A stretch of 62,947 bases of DNA, filler included, from Choristocarpus tenellus KU-1152 (lineage: Eukaryota > Protista > Phaeophyceae), in assembly GCA_964200185.2 (NCBI GenBank). It is 6 parts of 6 records of this genome, joined end to end, with 100 filler letters (N's around TTAATTAATTAA, not from the genome) between each part and the next. Parts side by side here need not be neighbours in the genome. Positions count along the whole stretch, not along the records: positions 1 to 31,345 come from CAXNAD020000083.1; 5 more parts are not named here. One strand, 5' to 3'. Of this stretch, positions 10,401 through 25,400 are shown in pieces. The translations under genes were made by a program, and so were the position numbers. The stretch's first letter is position 1; every line of letters starts with the position of its first letter. A model generated the notes under the pieces. The model made no database searches. It had not been told where the DNA came from and saw only the letters and a list, made by a program, of their open reading frames with translations.

Positions 10401-13400
10401 CACAATCCTACACCCACCTCAACTGATGCTCTACAGTGCAATTATTCTATTCTCCTGAAAACTTGTGTATGTAGATGCATTCAAGACTGATAAATATTGA
10501 AGTCTGAACATAGTTTTTTGAAAATCTGTTTCCAGCACTATCTAAAAGCAATTTCATAAGAAGAATGCTTGGAAGAAACCTTTATGGTTGTAATTTACTG
10601 TTGAAAAATGTTGCTGGTAGATACAGTTCCTGTTCATGTTGTAAACACATAGGTAGCTTCTTCATGGACTATTGTAACTTCAAGTTTAATGGATTGCCTT
10701 AAAATTGACCAACTTGAGACAAACCGTAATAAATTCAACGTGTGTTTAAGTCCAATTACACCTAGGAACTTGTTCAACTATACTTCACCCATCTCCCTTG
10801 TTAAAGATTTGTAGGTCATGGTGTCTACTCTGGTACGAACTACTATGGTGATCTCCCCTTGTAATACCCTTTTACAATTGCAGAAAGACATGGAGGAGCT
10901 CTATATTCCGGAGAATCAAGCGTTTTCAGCTTTGGAGGCTATTCCACTCTCTATAGTAACAGAGCTGGTAAGTCCTTTGTTTCTGTTCTTGTTTGACACG
11001 TTTAATTGTTTTCAGGAGGGAAACTTGAGTTGAGCCACGTCCATTGTTCTTCTATAGCATAGGCGATATGTTCTGTTTTTATTTTGACTGATGGGGGAGT
11101 GAAGCTCGTGTGATGCATGTTAACTAATCAAGAGGCATCTTATACATTGATTAATCTACTACACTTTGTTCTTCATAAATGCAGGTTTAATATTGCATAT
11201 TCTGACAGTAACGATAGTAGCCAATAGTTGAGCTACAATGATCTGTAAAGGATTGATATTTTGCTTCGCTCTCCTATTTACTTCAACTCTACTTTTCAAC
11301 ATACTAAGGATTGCATTCTATTGAAAGAGTGAAAGTAGGGTACAAAATGTAGAGACGAGGGATCACCAAGTACATGCCCCTGTTGGATTTAGCTTGTGAT
11401 TTTGGTTCAAAGTGAGACCGCGCTAAACGAAAAATATTTTGTTTTAAAATATTTTTCCTGATTGTCATTGTTGCGCTGAGTTTACTTTTATGTTAAGTAT
11501 TGTTTGTTCTTGGCAGGTAAGTGTCCCCGCGTGCACAATGTTTTGTGATGATGACACATAAAGTGCAAATCTTGTGGAGTATATATTTTTCAGATTATAT
11601 AGAAATTGTTTGTAGGGAATACTGGGGACAGTATATAGTTTGCATTCATGTATAGTAAGATATCGCTAACCCTATCCCTTCTTCAATATATTACAAGCCT
11701 TGCCTGTTTCTGTTTCTTTATAACAGTCATGCTTGGAGGAGGCATTCGAGTCTACATTGGTGGCACACTGAGTATCACTGGGATCTTGTCCGTAGCAAGC
11801 AACATTGCAGGTACTATTCCAAATTTTCTGAAACTGTTGTTCTTGCAGAGATAAATAGTACCTAGTGACATTTTTCGTATAGGATTGAATACTTTAATAT
11901 GGAAAGGGTTTCTAAAGAGACAGCATCAGCATAGGTCTTGCATTCCTCAGTCATTTGAACCTTAAAGGTCAGGGTTAGGGTTAGAGTATATTTAGAATAA
12001 CAGAAAAGATAACCAGAAAATGATGATGAGTTCATGTATAGCATTCTTTTGCTTAATAGTTCCTTTTGCCTCTTAGAAAGCCTCTGCTAGTTCTCAGAGA
12101 GTAGATTAGCTGCGGTTACTACTGGCCATAAAAAAATATTGTGGCAGTATTCATTTACATTAGTCTTCTTCAGTTTTGTGCTGGTGTATATTTTAGAGGA
12201 AAATTACCCCTCATACTTAAAATATGTATATTAGAGGAAAATATGTTTAATCTATTCTTATGTTGTGCAGTTTTGAGAAGAGGGGTTAGGATCAATGTTG
12301 CACGTCAACATGAATTAAGGATAGGGTTAGGCTTTTGAGAAGGCGTTCTCAACCATTAACTGAAACTTCAAGTCGTGAAATATCATGTATATTGAGGAAT
12401 AATCAATGATTCCAGGAAGTTTGCTATAGCTGTTTGAATATCATTGGAAAGAATGTTCAGTGGAGTCAGATTCCTTAGACATCCACATCCTTCAAATAGC
12501 ATTGAGAAGGCATTGTACTTCGGAGATAGTGATGTATTTGTCTCTATCACTTCTAAGTTGTTACCTTGGTTCCATGCAATTATCTTGGCGATGGTTGGTA
12601 TATAAGATGGTGCGACGGTGAGAATGCTCCCAACTCTTGGTACTTTGAGTTGATGATAAGGTACAAATGTCCCATCAACGGACATCTTGTAAGCTGGGTT
12701 GAATTTTTTTGACAATATTTTTTGGACCGTTTACAGGCCTTACAAATGTTTGCTGTCCCATTCGCTGCACAAACCAGTCTTCCTACCCTCCGAGAATTCC
12801 TGGTCCATATTCAGTAGGTGTTGACCTCGTTCATGTGCACTGGCAAAACCAGTTCTAGCATTCTCTAGCGTTGCTGGACCATGTCTATTGAGTATGGTAC
12901 CGATTGGTGTTCGCTGGTCGGCCAGTCTAACATTATTCTGGCATGTCCAAAATGTGTACTACGTGTTACACCAGGTGGAATATCAATTCGTTTGGTCACT
13001 TAGTGCAAACCGTGAAAAATGTGTGGAACATGCCAAAGGCCAAGCCACCCTTCAGTATGTCAACTATTCATTTTGCTTTGTTTTTTGATACGATACATCA
13101 TGACCAGTTCATACTGAATGTTGATTTGTCTTTTGTACTGGTGATTATTTCCGTTCACATCACTAACTCATCAAAATAATGTCATCAATCCCTTCTAGAA
13201 CATCACAGTACATACGAAGCATAATGACAGTCGCTACCTATCACACATAGATGCATAGGATGTGTCACATGAGTTCTGTCAGATATTGATTCAAGTTTCT
13301 CTCCTTGTTCTTTGTTTTTTTCGTTTCTTCACATTAGAAGTCTTCAGTTGTATATCATGTGTTGATTATTTTTCTTGGCTGGCATTGCCCGCTCATACTA

Positions 13401-16400
13401 CATGAAGCCCACTCTGCACTAAATGTACCCGATCCAGACCTGGATGCAGCATAATCCGAGTTAGACACCCTCAGAAACCCTTCTCCGTCAAGGTGACAAG
13501 TCTCTTCCCAGATCACACATGTCTTCATTTGAATGCCTCAATGAATTACCACACTTTCACGTCAACCATCATCTTATTAAGCAAAGCATGTAATTAGATT
13601 TACCAGAAGAAATTCACAGATGCTTTATTGCACTATGATACCTCTTTGCCACAACCTAGCCACAGGACAAGAAGGCACGGTCAATTCGAATTCAGGTTTC
13701 AACATGCTCGACCTCGAAATTGTTATGCCCCAGCGCCCTTAAAACCTGGCTGTACCTCTTAAACTGACCCTGCCACACCCTCTTGGGTGTGTCAACATCG
13801 TACGCGTAGAAGATGCTTGAAACCCCCTCTACAAGTTCATCAACAGAGTGAAAGTATCTTAGAGAGTACGAATTTTGCCATGTTTTCCCGTTTGGGGCTT
13901 GACTTCCCAAGGGTTTGTTATGACATTTTCCTACTCCAAAATGTTTTGAAGTACATAAAATGTATACACCGTGATAGATTTGTCTAGAACAAGGATATCG
14001 ACACTTCCTAACAAACACGATAGCCTAGATTACATCAAAATTGCGACATTGGATTTTGGCCCCCAAACGGACGTGGCTCTACCCTCTAAAGATACTTTGA
14101 GTCATAGGGTCGCATTTCTACAACTAAACTCTGCTCTTCAAAGATGCAAAAAAATACCAAATCATTGATGTTGAGATCTGGCGACTGTGCTGACTGTGTC
14201 ATGAGCCTAGTCCTTACCATCCCCCTTCCATCTCGGCTGTATTCTGCTTCTACACCATGCCCCTGCCGGGGGTTTGTGCCTTCCTGCTGTACGGAGGCCC
14301 CCCCTGATTCAGTCATGGTATTTTTAACTTTTATCCCTAGCAACAGCAGCCCCGTGTACCACTCCAGGTACCACTCAGTGTTGAGGGTGATGTCAACTTC
14401 ATACCCTTCGTCCTTTGTGTGCTGCACTGTAGTCTAATGCACCTCCTTTGTGATGCAAATCCGCCAAATCCCACACTCCCTGTCAAAATCATGGAAAGAT
14501 CTGGGCGCGATAGGCCTAGATGAATATTACTTTGGGAAAGATATTCTGCACTTTTGTCGAGCCCACCTTTCTTCCACGGAAACACGTGCAATACGTCTCA
14601 TTTACATGAGGTAGAACTACTAACCCTAACCCTTACTGCTGAGCAAAAGGTTTCCTTAGGTCTAGATGCCCCATACAACTATTTCGTCAATGCGAGTGCG
14701 GCACTCAACCACACAAAAGCTGGTTATGCTGAGTTGAAACATGCAAAATAGCCTTGGTATCCGAACATGCAAAAGTACTTTCTGCTCATATACATAGGAG
14801 TAAGGGCAGTGCGAACATATCATCGGGGCATGATACAAAATTATCACTCTTCAGAGTCATGTAAAAGGATAGATTTGTCCATCTAGCCGGTTTTGGACAT
14901 TGCTATCAGAGTTTACACCACTGCAAAACAGGAACATTCCTATTTCTATCTCCATTACCAAAACTATTGCTGCTGGCAGGATCACCACCACTGCTCATTG
15001 CAAGTACTATATTTGTTTGATGTCTTTTCTGTTAGGGTTGAAGGTGTGTTAACTGAACTTGCCATGGCTAACAACAGAATTCAAAAGTGGGGTGGCACTA
15101 AGTAAATAGTCATCAAGGCATTGCTGAACATTGTCCACACAATGATACACTCATATTTAACATTTCCAGTTAGAATATGTACTCCTTCTCGCCTCTAAGT
15201 CTGTCCGGCTGAGTTGTAGACCTTGGAGATGACATCAGATTACATATTTGATTTTTGTGTCGGATCCCTTGGAATATTTTTCATCAACCCTAGACGTAAA
15301 AAAATTCTAGAATGGGTTCTGAAATGATGGAGCACTAGCTGGGGAATATTTGGTTCATTATTTGGGTAGTTTCCTGATAGAGATGTGAAGGACTACAGAG
15401 CGGAGCATAAAGGGTGAGGAACATGAGGCCAACCTCACTGTCGACTCTGAGCAATACCAGGGGTGGTACCTAGAGCAGCCGTTATGAAAGATAACCCTGA
15501 CTGGAATCGGCGAAGGGGGTCCAACAGCAGCAGGTTGGCGCGACCCCGCATACAGCACTCAGGGACGGAAAAAAGCAGTAGTATGGTGGATTGTCTAGAG
15601 CAGTTAAAGTAGACCAAGTCGCCTACAATGTGGTGCTGGATTTGTTGATTGATAGTGTCGAGTAAAGGCGAGACACACTCATTTGATGTAGAATAGTCTA
15701 AGGGTTAGGGTTTGGATTCTATACTAGTCGGAGGCCATCCCGAGGAGCTAAAACTAAACAGTCCAGAGTTATTGAGCAGGGGGAGCAAGATGCATGTAGG
15801 ATGAATTGTGAATAGGGAGGTGTGGCCTTGACGCAACAAGCCTGGTGAAAAAGAAACATGTTCAGCCAAAGATTGAAGTTCTGAGATGATGGAGTTCGTG
15901 ATCTTCACTACTGGGGCTACTGGGTGGCCAAGAAGAGCTATCTTGGAGACCAGGACCGTCACTTCTCAACATTACCAGGATACTGCAAAACTACTAACAA
16001 CTGAGTTAAAAAAATAACCAAATTCGTGATTATCAAATGCTCTATGATATGTCTGGTCTATGGGCCAGTACACAGTGAAATGACCTGCACTGAAGATTCA
16101 AGCTGCCTGGCCTGGCAAAACCATTCATGTTTTTCTTAAATTGAATGTGATATGTGTTGTTAGTATAGTAAATTAAAATCTTGTCAACAGCGGTCGGCTG
16201 ATGCTTTCGGTCCTCCTCTTCACTGTTGAAGTCCTACTTGCTCTAGGTCTGCATTTTTTCTCTGAAGCACTATTTCTTTTGCCGATATTCCATAGCCCAA
16301 GACAGTAGTGGGTTGATATTATTGAAACATTTGTTTGTAAGCTCCAATCCGTTCACTTTCTGGATGTCCACTACAGAAAGTGAAGACCTTAAGGATTAAT

Positions 16401-19400
16401 TGGTGAGCATACAAATCGATTTCCAGACTTGACAGGTGCCTCTTTCACATTCTTGCTTAGGCAGTTGTTCTCCACTGTTTCCCAATATTCTTATCTTTTA
16501 TTAAATCAGACTTGACTCACTTGATAAATATTGAATTGGCAAGAACTAAAGTTGAACAAATACTTGAAAATTGTGAACCGAAATATTTCTCAGAAAATGG
16601 AGGAGGTCTGGCCTTGTCCGAAGCAATTCTTGGAGTGGGAATGAACAGTGAATTCCATTGTTCTAACAACACCGCGGGTGAGAATTGGTTATGATATATA
16701 TGCAAGATATACCACGATTTTGTTGGAAATGGTCAAATGAAGCATAGTGTTTAATCAAACGATGCTATTAAGATATCCCAGCAATACCTTGATTGAACAT
16801 GAACATATTCTTCCAATTCCTTCTGAGACTTATCCTCCTTGCACTTCATTCTATCCAACAAGTCCAAAACATGCTTGTGCTGTGCACTCTCTGATTAATG
16901 CTTTTAAGCAGAGGGGATGAAGGGGGTCCTTAGAGTCTAAGCCAAATGTCACACATATGATGTAATAATAACTGTGTACATCTGTGAAGAGCAGTACACA
17001 CTTTTTAGAGAGGGACATAAGACCTTTTTTTGATATTTTCTTTACCTCTTCTCTCTCATCATACCGTTGTATCGCCCCTACTTGACAACCTTTCAACACA
17101 ACTATCTGATATTTGTACACAAAAATGTTAAGTGTACTCATTGGTTGTTGCCGCAATTTTGTATAGAAGCTTCGAAAAGGGAGCATACAGTAATGCGGGA
17201 TGTTTTGTTATTTCAATTGCCTTTACGAGTGTATATTTTAGGATACGAGGTTTGCCCTACTTGTCTGTTTGGGGCTTGGCTTCCCATGGGTTTCTTACTT
17301 TTTCCTACTCCGAAATGTTTCGGAGTAAGTAAATTGTATACGTTATAAAAAGCTGTCCGGAACAGGGATATTGACACTTCCTGACAAACACAACAGCCAA
17401 ACTTTTATCAAAATCGCAGCATTGAATTTAAGTCCCCAAATGGACACCGCTCTACCTTTGAAGATGCTTTTAACTCTTATTGCACTGTTAAGATCGACCA
17501 AATACTGTAAAAGATCAGTAGTTATGTGTAGGGAAAATTTCACACTTCAGGCACTCATTTGTGGCTCACCAAATAATGCAATGAACCCAATTTTTGGGAT
17601 AAGAAGGTTGAAGAAGTGGTGATGATGTATAAGTTATGTCCACCCAAATATCATGTATAGAGTACAACTCAAAATTTTGAGGAACATGTACAAATAAATC
17701 CTGATTCGTCAATAGAGTAGTCTTGATTTAAAACATGATTTGTACGTATCACAAGATTTTATCAATATCGGAACAAAATTGTCCTTATCTTTCTAGACAA
17801 GATTATTTCGGTGATCTCTCCCTACCTCTTCTAGATGTCCAAACCCTACCTTGAGATTTTGTTGAAAAGAACAATTGTAAGGAAATCTTATATTGTTTTA
17901 ACTTATTTGAATAGAAAATATGCACACATCCCAATTTCTACACATGTTATTTAATACAGTACTTTTCCTTGTACAAATATACATGCATGAATCCATCTGT
18001 AATGAATTGCCCTTGTGGTCAGAAGTCGTAGAAATAAGTGAAAAATACAGTGATAATTTTAGACTACTACAAGGCAACATTAAAAATGCTTGTAATATCA
18101 CAAAACAAGAATGTAAAAAGGGGATTCTAAATTTGCAGTGATCATTTCTAGGATTTTCAAACCTGTTTATGTTCGCTTAGAAAGTGTTAAGAATTGGCCA
18201 ATATTGCTTTTTCTTGCAAGGTTTCTGGATTACCTGCATATTGCGTACTTTAATTTTGTCCTTGGAAAGAAATGCAATCTTTGACTGGTTTTTCTTTTTC
18301 TTTTGGTCATTGTCCTACATCCCCAAGCGAGTATGTTTTCCAGATTTTGCACAAGCGATGTACTATTTCGATCACAGGATAAATGTTTTACAACTCCAAA
18401 AGCTGTGTGTAAAATGAGAAAGCAGTTGGTCAGTTTGTTGCCTTAGGTTTGAACTATATTCACAATAGTATGTGCCTCGTCAACCTTGAACTTGATTGTA
18501 GTAGGTATCGACCTCTTTGTTCCACAAAGTATATCAGAGGAGGAAGTTGGGAGATTGCCCAGGATTTTGCATAACGTTTAATATATCTGGCAGTGTCTGA
18601 TTAGTATCGTAGTCGTGACTCAGGCTTTGAACGATACAGTTTGTGATCTTTTGACAGTAGAATTGAATTTTCCTATTCCATGATAGTTAGAACCAGGACT
18701 GACCGTTTGATTAGTGCTCCTTTCTTGTGCAAGGACCATTGGGCTTTGTGATGCACCCTTCCGTCTTCTCTCTTTGCAACAGGATTGTTCTTTACCATCA
18801 ATAACATATATTTATCCTCTTCCCTTTTTTGGCGTGGGAAAATAGTTCAACATAGCCCTCATCGAAACATATTTTCTTGGGATGACCAAAACATTTATGG
18901 GGAACCTTAATGATTCATTTTTAAATATCTGAACGAGAAAAAATTCTCATTTATTTTCTTTATATTGTCAAATCCTTACCAATTAAACTGCCAAACTTTG
19001 CTAATGTTTTTTCACACTTTTTTTTCTTCGAAATTCTGTTTGTGCTTCTCACTTTAGCTGTATGTGTTTGTGTCGATCTTGAAGATAAAGGTATGTTATG
19101 ATGTTCTCATTTGTTAGAAATTGGAAATATGTTGCATAATGCTCTTGAAAGAAGAGTTTAGATTTCACAGAGTAGACTGTTCACAAAAATAATATTTTTT
19201 GGAGCATATCTTTCTACGGATTTCTTCAGTTGATACCACTTTTTGTCCAAGGTTCACGTTAGAGATATTTGTGCTTTTATAGGGCTAGAGATGTGATGAG
19301 ATGCTAGGACCAAATTATCTTGTACATGGTCTAGTTCTAGTTCTACTTGCTTGTCACTCTGCAGTCAATGGAATGCCCCACGTTTTTTTTCCTGAGCGTA

Positions 19401-22400
19401 CGATTGCCAATTCTTTGGTTAATCTGAACAAATTCTCTTATCTCTATTTTTAATGCAGGCTTGAATGGTGGTGCGATTTTTGCGTTGGAATCAAAGCTGA
19501 TGGTTAGTGGCAACACATTGTTTTCTGGTAATAGAGCGAATAACACTGGGGGTGCTGTAGCAACATACTCTTCAGACCTTACCATGTCAGGAACAACATT
19601 CCATAGCAACACAGCATTGACTGGTGGAGGAATGTCATGCTCAGATGCAGATGTGTTTAATGTTGCAAACACAAGCTTCATCTCCAACATTGCAGAAACA
19701 GGAGGGGGTTTGGTGACATATTCTGTTGGAGCTTTCAGTGCCGACGATCTCTCTAATGGTATAACGCCAGGAATCTATTCAGGTTGCAATTTTACTGAGA
19801 ACACTGCTTTCTTAGACGGTGGAGGTCTGCTTACGTTGGGTGGATTTGCCTTAATCAAAGGATGCATATTCTCAGGCAATACTGCAGGTGAATGAGACTG
19901 TCTGCCCAGGTTAACTTATGAGACAGAAAACCCACATCAAGATAGAATGACTAGTTAGTTTTGTATTTGAATACGTAAACTCCCCCTCTACATTTGGGTT
20001 GTATGGCTGAAAAATACGCAATTTTACTAGTAGATGAAATATTGACAAGAGTGCGTCTAAGTTAAGCAGAAAACGTAACCATTAGATTTGCTAGTTATGA
20101 TGCATTGTTTCTTGCAACTCCTATTGAATTTTGTCGGTTGTTGCAACCCAAGGTCTCATTTTTGTTGTACTATGTATGAATCTCCAGGTGGAAGTGGCGG
20201 GGCAATTCTACAAGCAGGGCTTGTTGAAATGTTAGAACACTGTGTGTTTGAGGATAACATGGCCTCTTTGGGTCCTGCTATCTCTGATGTCGCATCATTG
20301 AAGAACATAAGGCTGAGCACATTCACTGGAAACTCCCTCTTTTGTGACGCGGGGATGTACGTCAAATTTGCTGACAGCTCGGATAGCCTAGACATCCAAC
20401 CACAGGTATTCAGTATTATGTTGGGTGCTGTTTAGGGCTTATTGAACCAAAGTGTTTCACAGTGACTACAACGAAATATGCTCTAACATTTGTTTTGAAA
20501 ATGATGTATTTATTTCGAAAAGGGATGATATATCTATAATTACTATTCTAACCCTAAACCTTGCACATTCCCATCAGGGTTTTGATGGTGTAAGAGCTAG
20601 ACACAACATATATGTAGATGAGCCAAACCGATTACGGGGTATGTAGCTTTGGATCTTTTTTTACTATAACATGTATTTGTCACCCTGTACGATACACATT
20701 TTTTCATTGCTTCATGTTCAAAATGGTGTACACAAGATTGATATTCCCCCATTCTACCAACAAAATGAAACCACAATTCAGCAATGGTTTTTCTGGAGTT
20801 GTGTAAGATGGATTACATTTTCCCTTTAAAGGAAGACGTCCAACCTTGCCTACCTCTCCATTGGCTTGACATAGATACCATGAGACAAGAAGAGGTGAAT
20901 ATTGATAGCTATCATCCTTAGAGTCTATCTTAGAGGGTGCGAGTTTTGCCCTGTTTGTCCATTTGGGGCTTGGCTTCCTATGTTTTTTTTTATGACATTT
21001 TCCTCACTCAATATTTTTCGGAGTAGGTAAAATGTATACGTTATGAAAAGGTGTGTCCGGAACAAGGATATTGACACTTCCTAACAAAGACGATAACCAA
21101 AATTACATCAATATCACAACATTGGATTTTGACCCCAAATGGACACGGCCATACCCTCCAAGATACTTTGACTCCATCAGCCGCACCACCTCTGTCGTCT
21201 CAAAAAGAAATGTATCAAGACAGTGTTGAACAGTACTATTGGCCCATAATTATTTTTGTTTCTATGATTTTTGACGGGGTTATACAAATACTTTTCTGAC
21301 AACATGAGTGGATGTTGAATATACAACGCAGCGTTTCTTGCAAAGAGTGAAAGTATCTTAGAGGGTACGAATTTTGCCCTGCTTGTCCATTTGGGGCTTG
21401 GCTTCACATGTGTCTTTTTATGACTCTTTCCTACTCCAAAATGTTTTGGAGGAGGAAAAAAGTATACGTTTTGAACTTTCGTGTCTGAAACATAGATATT
21501 GACACTCCTAACAAAAACGATAGCCAAAACTACATCAAAATCGTAACATTGGATTTTGGCCCCCAAATGGACGCGGTTCTACCCTCTAAGATATTCTGCC
21601 TCAAACCTTGTGTGGACAAGGCCTTATCATTATGGGCGGATTCAAATCAATGTATTTGTACAAGGGAATGATTTTTACACTTTTTGCATATAGAAAGGTT
21701 GTTGGTGCACATCTTTGTATATTTTCAAAAAGAGAGTGGTAGAATCATTATATAAAAGGCAAACACTGAAGACCGATAAAAACATTCCAAATATGTACAG
21801 ATATGTTTTAACTTGACAAGATTTAGGGACTCAGAGATGACACACTACAGACATCATTTTATCCACAACACTACAGAGTTCCTACAACATGTTAGGTTAT
21901 AGTGTGGAATGACCATCCTTTATACTTACATAAAAATAGGAAGTACTGTATCTAATTTGAGATGTAGGAATCTAGGGCTTGTACAAAATTGATAATTGGG
22001 TGAGATCACTCTTCTTACACAACAGCATTCATGATTCATCAATTTTTCCTCTCCTAGACAAAATTGTGTCCAGATGTGTTAGGTTCAGGCGTCTTCACAC
22101 CCAGTATGTCTAAGCAGACCGGAATAGAAGAAAATCGGTTGAAATAGAACGAAAAACAACAGGGCATTTGTCACACCTTGCAAATCGTTTTAATTTATGG
22201 AACGTTGGTAATTTCTCTTACCAGCTGCTGATTGTCCAATGTCTTACATAAATACATATGTGCGGTGCTAGCTTTCAGATACTAAGTAGGTTATAGAAGC
22301 TTATATCTCGCAAGACTTGTACATACATGTATATGGACTTTCGCGGGGCCAACAAATAAAAAAAATGTCCAGTGCATAGTGACTGGTCCGACAAATATTT

Positions 22401-25400
22401 GAAATGTACTGGTTCATGTCCACTAGGAACTCAGTCAGTTCATATCTGCGGGTGAGAACAGGCCAAACATCCTATGACATGACCTGAGCATCTCCACCGG
22501 ATATATATCAGTCGATGTCCGCCCGCCAGTCAGTCTAAACTTTTTCTTGCTTTTGCAAACCATGTTCACTACATGTTCTACAAGTACATCTGTCGATTTC
22601 GTTTGGCCTTTCCTTGCGAACAACAAAATTCTGTGCATATTTTTGCGTAAGTTGCCACACTGATCACAAATCACCTGTAGTCACTCAACAACCTCTGATA
22701 ATTAGATGGTAATATAGAAAATGGTACAGAAATACCACTGTGTAAAATATATTTTATGCTTAGATTACTTTCAGTAGTAGTATAGCTTGGAAGATTCAGG
22801 TAGAAAACCATCACCATGACGTGAGTGCAATATATATATATATATTACTTGACCAGCTACTGCTACAGATTCTAACATTACTGAGTCCATGGCCACGACA
22901 CAATTTAGATCCACCTATTGTACGGGGTTCACCAATTATCATTGCACCGCCACTGCTCTCCATCTGCCGTTCTTGTGGACCTTCACGCATAAGATACGTC
23001 TCACAAGTTCGCCTTTGAAGATTGAGTCTGGCTGCATGCCCTCTCCTAGTAACCTGTGCAACCTCGACAAAATACTCCTAAGGCAATTGCACGCTGAGCT
23101 AACTGGTTCTCAGTAGGCTCATTATCGGTTGACCTCATCTTCTTGGCTAGCTTGTCCAGCTGCAATATAACAAGATTTGTATCTTCCTCATAAGTAGATG
23201 AATAGAATCCAACTTAAACCAAGAAATTGATCCTTGCATAATTCAATTCCGAGCCAAATGAGTCCTAATTGCCTCAAATGCTTCTAAGGGACTATTGTTG
23301 TTGCCAACTCTTTGTTGTGAAGTCCACCTATGCCTGTCACTGAAGGCACCATAGACATGCTGACCTGCTGAACTTGCCTCTTATTTCATATCATTGCATC
23401 AAACTTGGCCCAGCTCGCTCTTGTAAGGTCCTCGATCAAAGTAATGCCCTTCCATCCACTCATAGAGAAACATTCTTAAGGAAGTATCTCTTGAAAGTTG
23501 GACATCCTTTCCCGTAATCATTGCCTTACACAGCACGAACTTTGCAGGGAGTGGGATGAGTCTTTGCAGGCGCTCTCCTGTATTCCTTGCTCTGCACACA
23601 GTTCTGGTATCCATCTCTTCATTTTCATCCTCAAGGTCCGACTTGACTGTTGTTGGTGTCCCTCTATACTCCAAACTTCTCATTGTACATCTGTTACCGA
23701 TGGTTGCCTCCATCAAGACTCGCATAATAAAGTCACACTTGCTTTGAAAACTTAACATCAACAAGTAATGCTAGTTAGCATGTTCTAGAAAGCTAATATT
23801 CACCAAGAATTACATATTGATGACATAATTCTTTCCTGGGTTGGACAGGTTGTAGATAAGGCAAGGGTGGTAAAAGTAGGAGTGAGCATTCAAGCCCAGG
23901 GGAATGGGGGTGGTTGCCACTAAATCAGGCTCAAAGTATCTGGGAGGGGGGTTTGGCTCTCCATTTGGGGTCAATTTTTTCATATCGTGATTTTTGGGTG
24001 ATTTGATTGCCATACGTCGGATGGATAATGCAAATGCACTTTTCCCGATTTTGGTCTAAATGGACACCCTCGAGTAGACACCCACCACCCCCCCAGATAC
24101 TTTAGGTCTCAATCCTATACTTTGTATCACTACTAGCAGACTAGTTACTTCAATACTTCATGTTCCTTAGAACATTTTTGTTCTAGTTCATAAACCCACA
24201 CTTACATCTCCTATTCGTCAGAACATAAACATGGTCTCTTCAGTCAATTGGTTGCTTCTTGTAAAATCTACTTCTGCCTACCTAAGAACAGAAAACATAT
24301 TTGTTGACAGAGTACTTAGAAATTAGGCATGGTGATGTGGGACATAACGTTCGACTAGTCCCCATTCAAATGGGGAATCAGGGTCCTCCGGTTCCATAAG
24401 AATAAAAAACTGAAAATATCAAATTAGCATCGAGCAGGTGACTCATAAGGTCTTAACTGCTGGAGGCAAGCTGATATAGAGGGACACCATACCACGCACA
24501 ATAGCTGAGACGACACCTACACTCCCACGGACCATTAATTTCTGCTTGAGCATATATACAATACACTCTATGGTTTTTCACACTTAATACAGGCCACAAG
24601 ACATTCCACATGCTTTTGAAGTCTACCAGAAAAATATGGTAATGAACCAACTTGGCACGAACTTGACCAAAAATGATCCCTATTTACATAGGTTTGGTGC
24701 GCTTGACACAAACGTTCCTGCATGTGCCAGATCTCCATGGTTTTGACAGCAAGGAATTCTGTACATCACAGCCCAAGAACCATGCAAACGAAATTTCAAA
24801 AGAATCGAAGATTTCACCAAGATCTCACTTCTTTACTCTGCCACACATTGCTCCCTATGTTATCAACATCTAGATCAAAAAGCACTATCTTTGCGTATAC
24901 CTTGGGGTAAAAGTAGACATGAGGTCTTAGATGCTTCCGTATTGATCATTTAATTTGAAGCAATATTTTCGATGAATGCCTGCACCTGAATTTCATTGCA
25001 AAGCTGTGTTTCAGCTATTTGTGAAGGAAATAGTAAAACCAGTACGGACAAATGATAGTTGTACCAACATTGGAGAAATGTTTCTATAAATTCTAACCCT
25101 ACAGGTTGATCAACCCTCCGCTAGGCCAGTGATATTCTGAGACACACAGTTGGGGTGATTTGCATGAACAGGGTTCTTCCACTCTAGCTCAATTCTGCTG
25201 AATGACACATATGATCAATCACATTAGATGTGAAGTATGTATGATCCCTTTTTATAACTTGTGTTAATGGGGCATTGGTTTTGCTTCTACGTACATATAA
25301 ATATGCCAAGAGATGCGCAGTTTTCCACGTGCATTTGGCCTAGGTAGACTGGAGGATTAATACAGTGTTAAGGGACTGGAAAATACGCTACACTCAAAGG

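Larger units (their letters stand above)
2100..10560. repeat. Intragenic tandem block duplication (E2-E6 at ~2100-5695 vs E8-E12 at ~6690-10560; six-exon period)
   Basis: Exon pairs E2/E8, E3/E9, E4/E10, E5/E11, E6/E12 and their introns align; ~4815-5690 vs ~9680-10555 are nearly identical. Confidence 0.9.
1464..16677 (+). repeat. Array of 15 symmetric phase-1 repeat exons (13 x 84 nt, 1 x 81 nt, 1 x 90 nt), one ~28-aa Pmp-like repeat each
   Basis: E1 xGDGGAIYAEASTTLDFGGTSTFHGNSA; E4 xDDGGALSAHENCTFSFGGNTTFVSNFA; E5 xDTGGAINARELSMLNFEGNSTFYNNSA; E9 xNDGGAIAVSKASTVFSEGTSTFARNSA; E13 xRHGGALYSGESSVFSFGGYSTLYSNRA. Each follows CAG; 13 are followed by a GT donor (mostly GTAAGT/GTGAGT). Confidence 0.9.

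Noticed and set aside
17300-17335. G-C to A-T swap in the MITE A hairpin as evidence of a conserved structured RNA
   Set aside because: Both changes are at CpG sites and are explained by independent deamination; they do not show selection on pairing.
2562-18417. Most short ORFs in the six-frame track across contig 1
   Set aside because: They lie in introns or MITEs or are antisense shadows of repeat exons; only the exon-overlapping parts are supported.
1464-20405. Bacterial (Chlamydia-like) pmp gene or contaminant
   Set aside because: Repeats are split by spliceosomal introns containing host MITEs, and the C-terminus is alpha-helical multi-TM, not an autotransporter beta-barrel.
23000-23764. 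Possible gag-like relic (and an RT-like relic at ~31560-31950)
   Set aside because: Too degenerate to support from motifs seen by eye.
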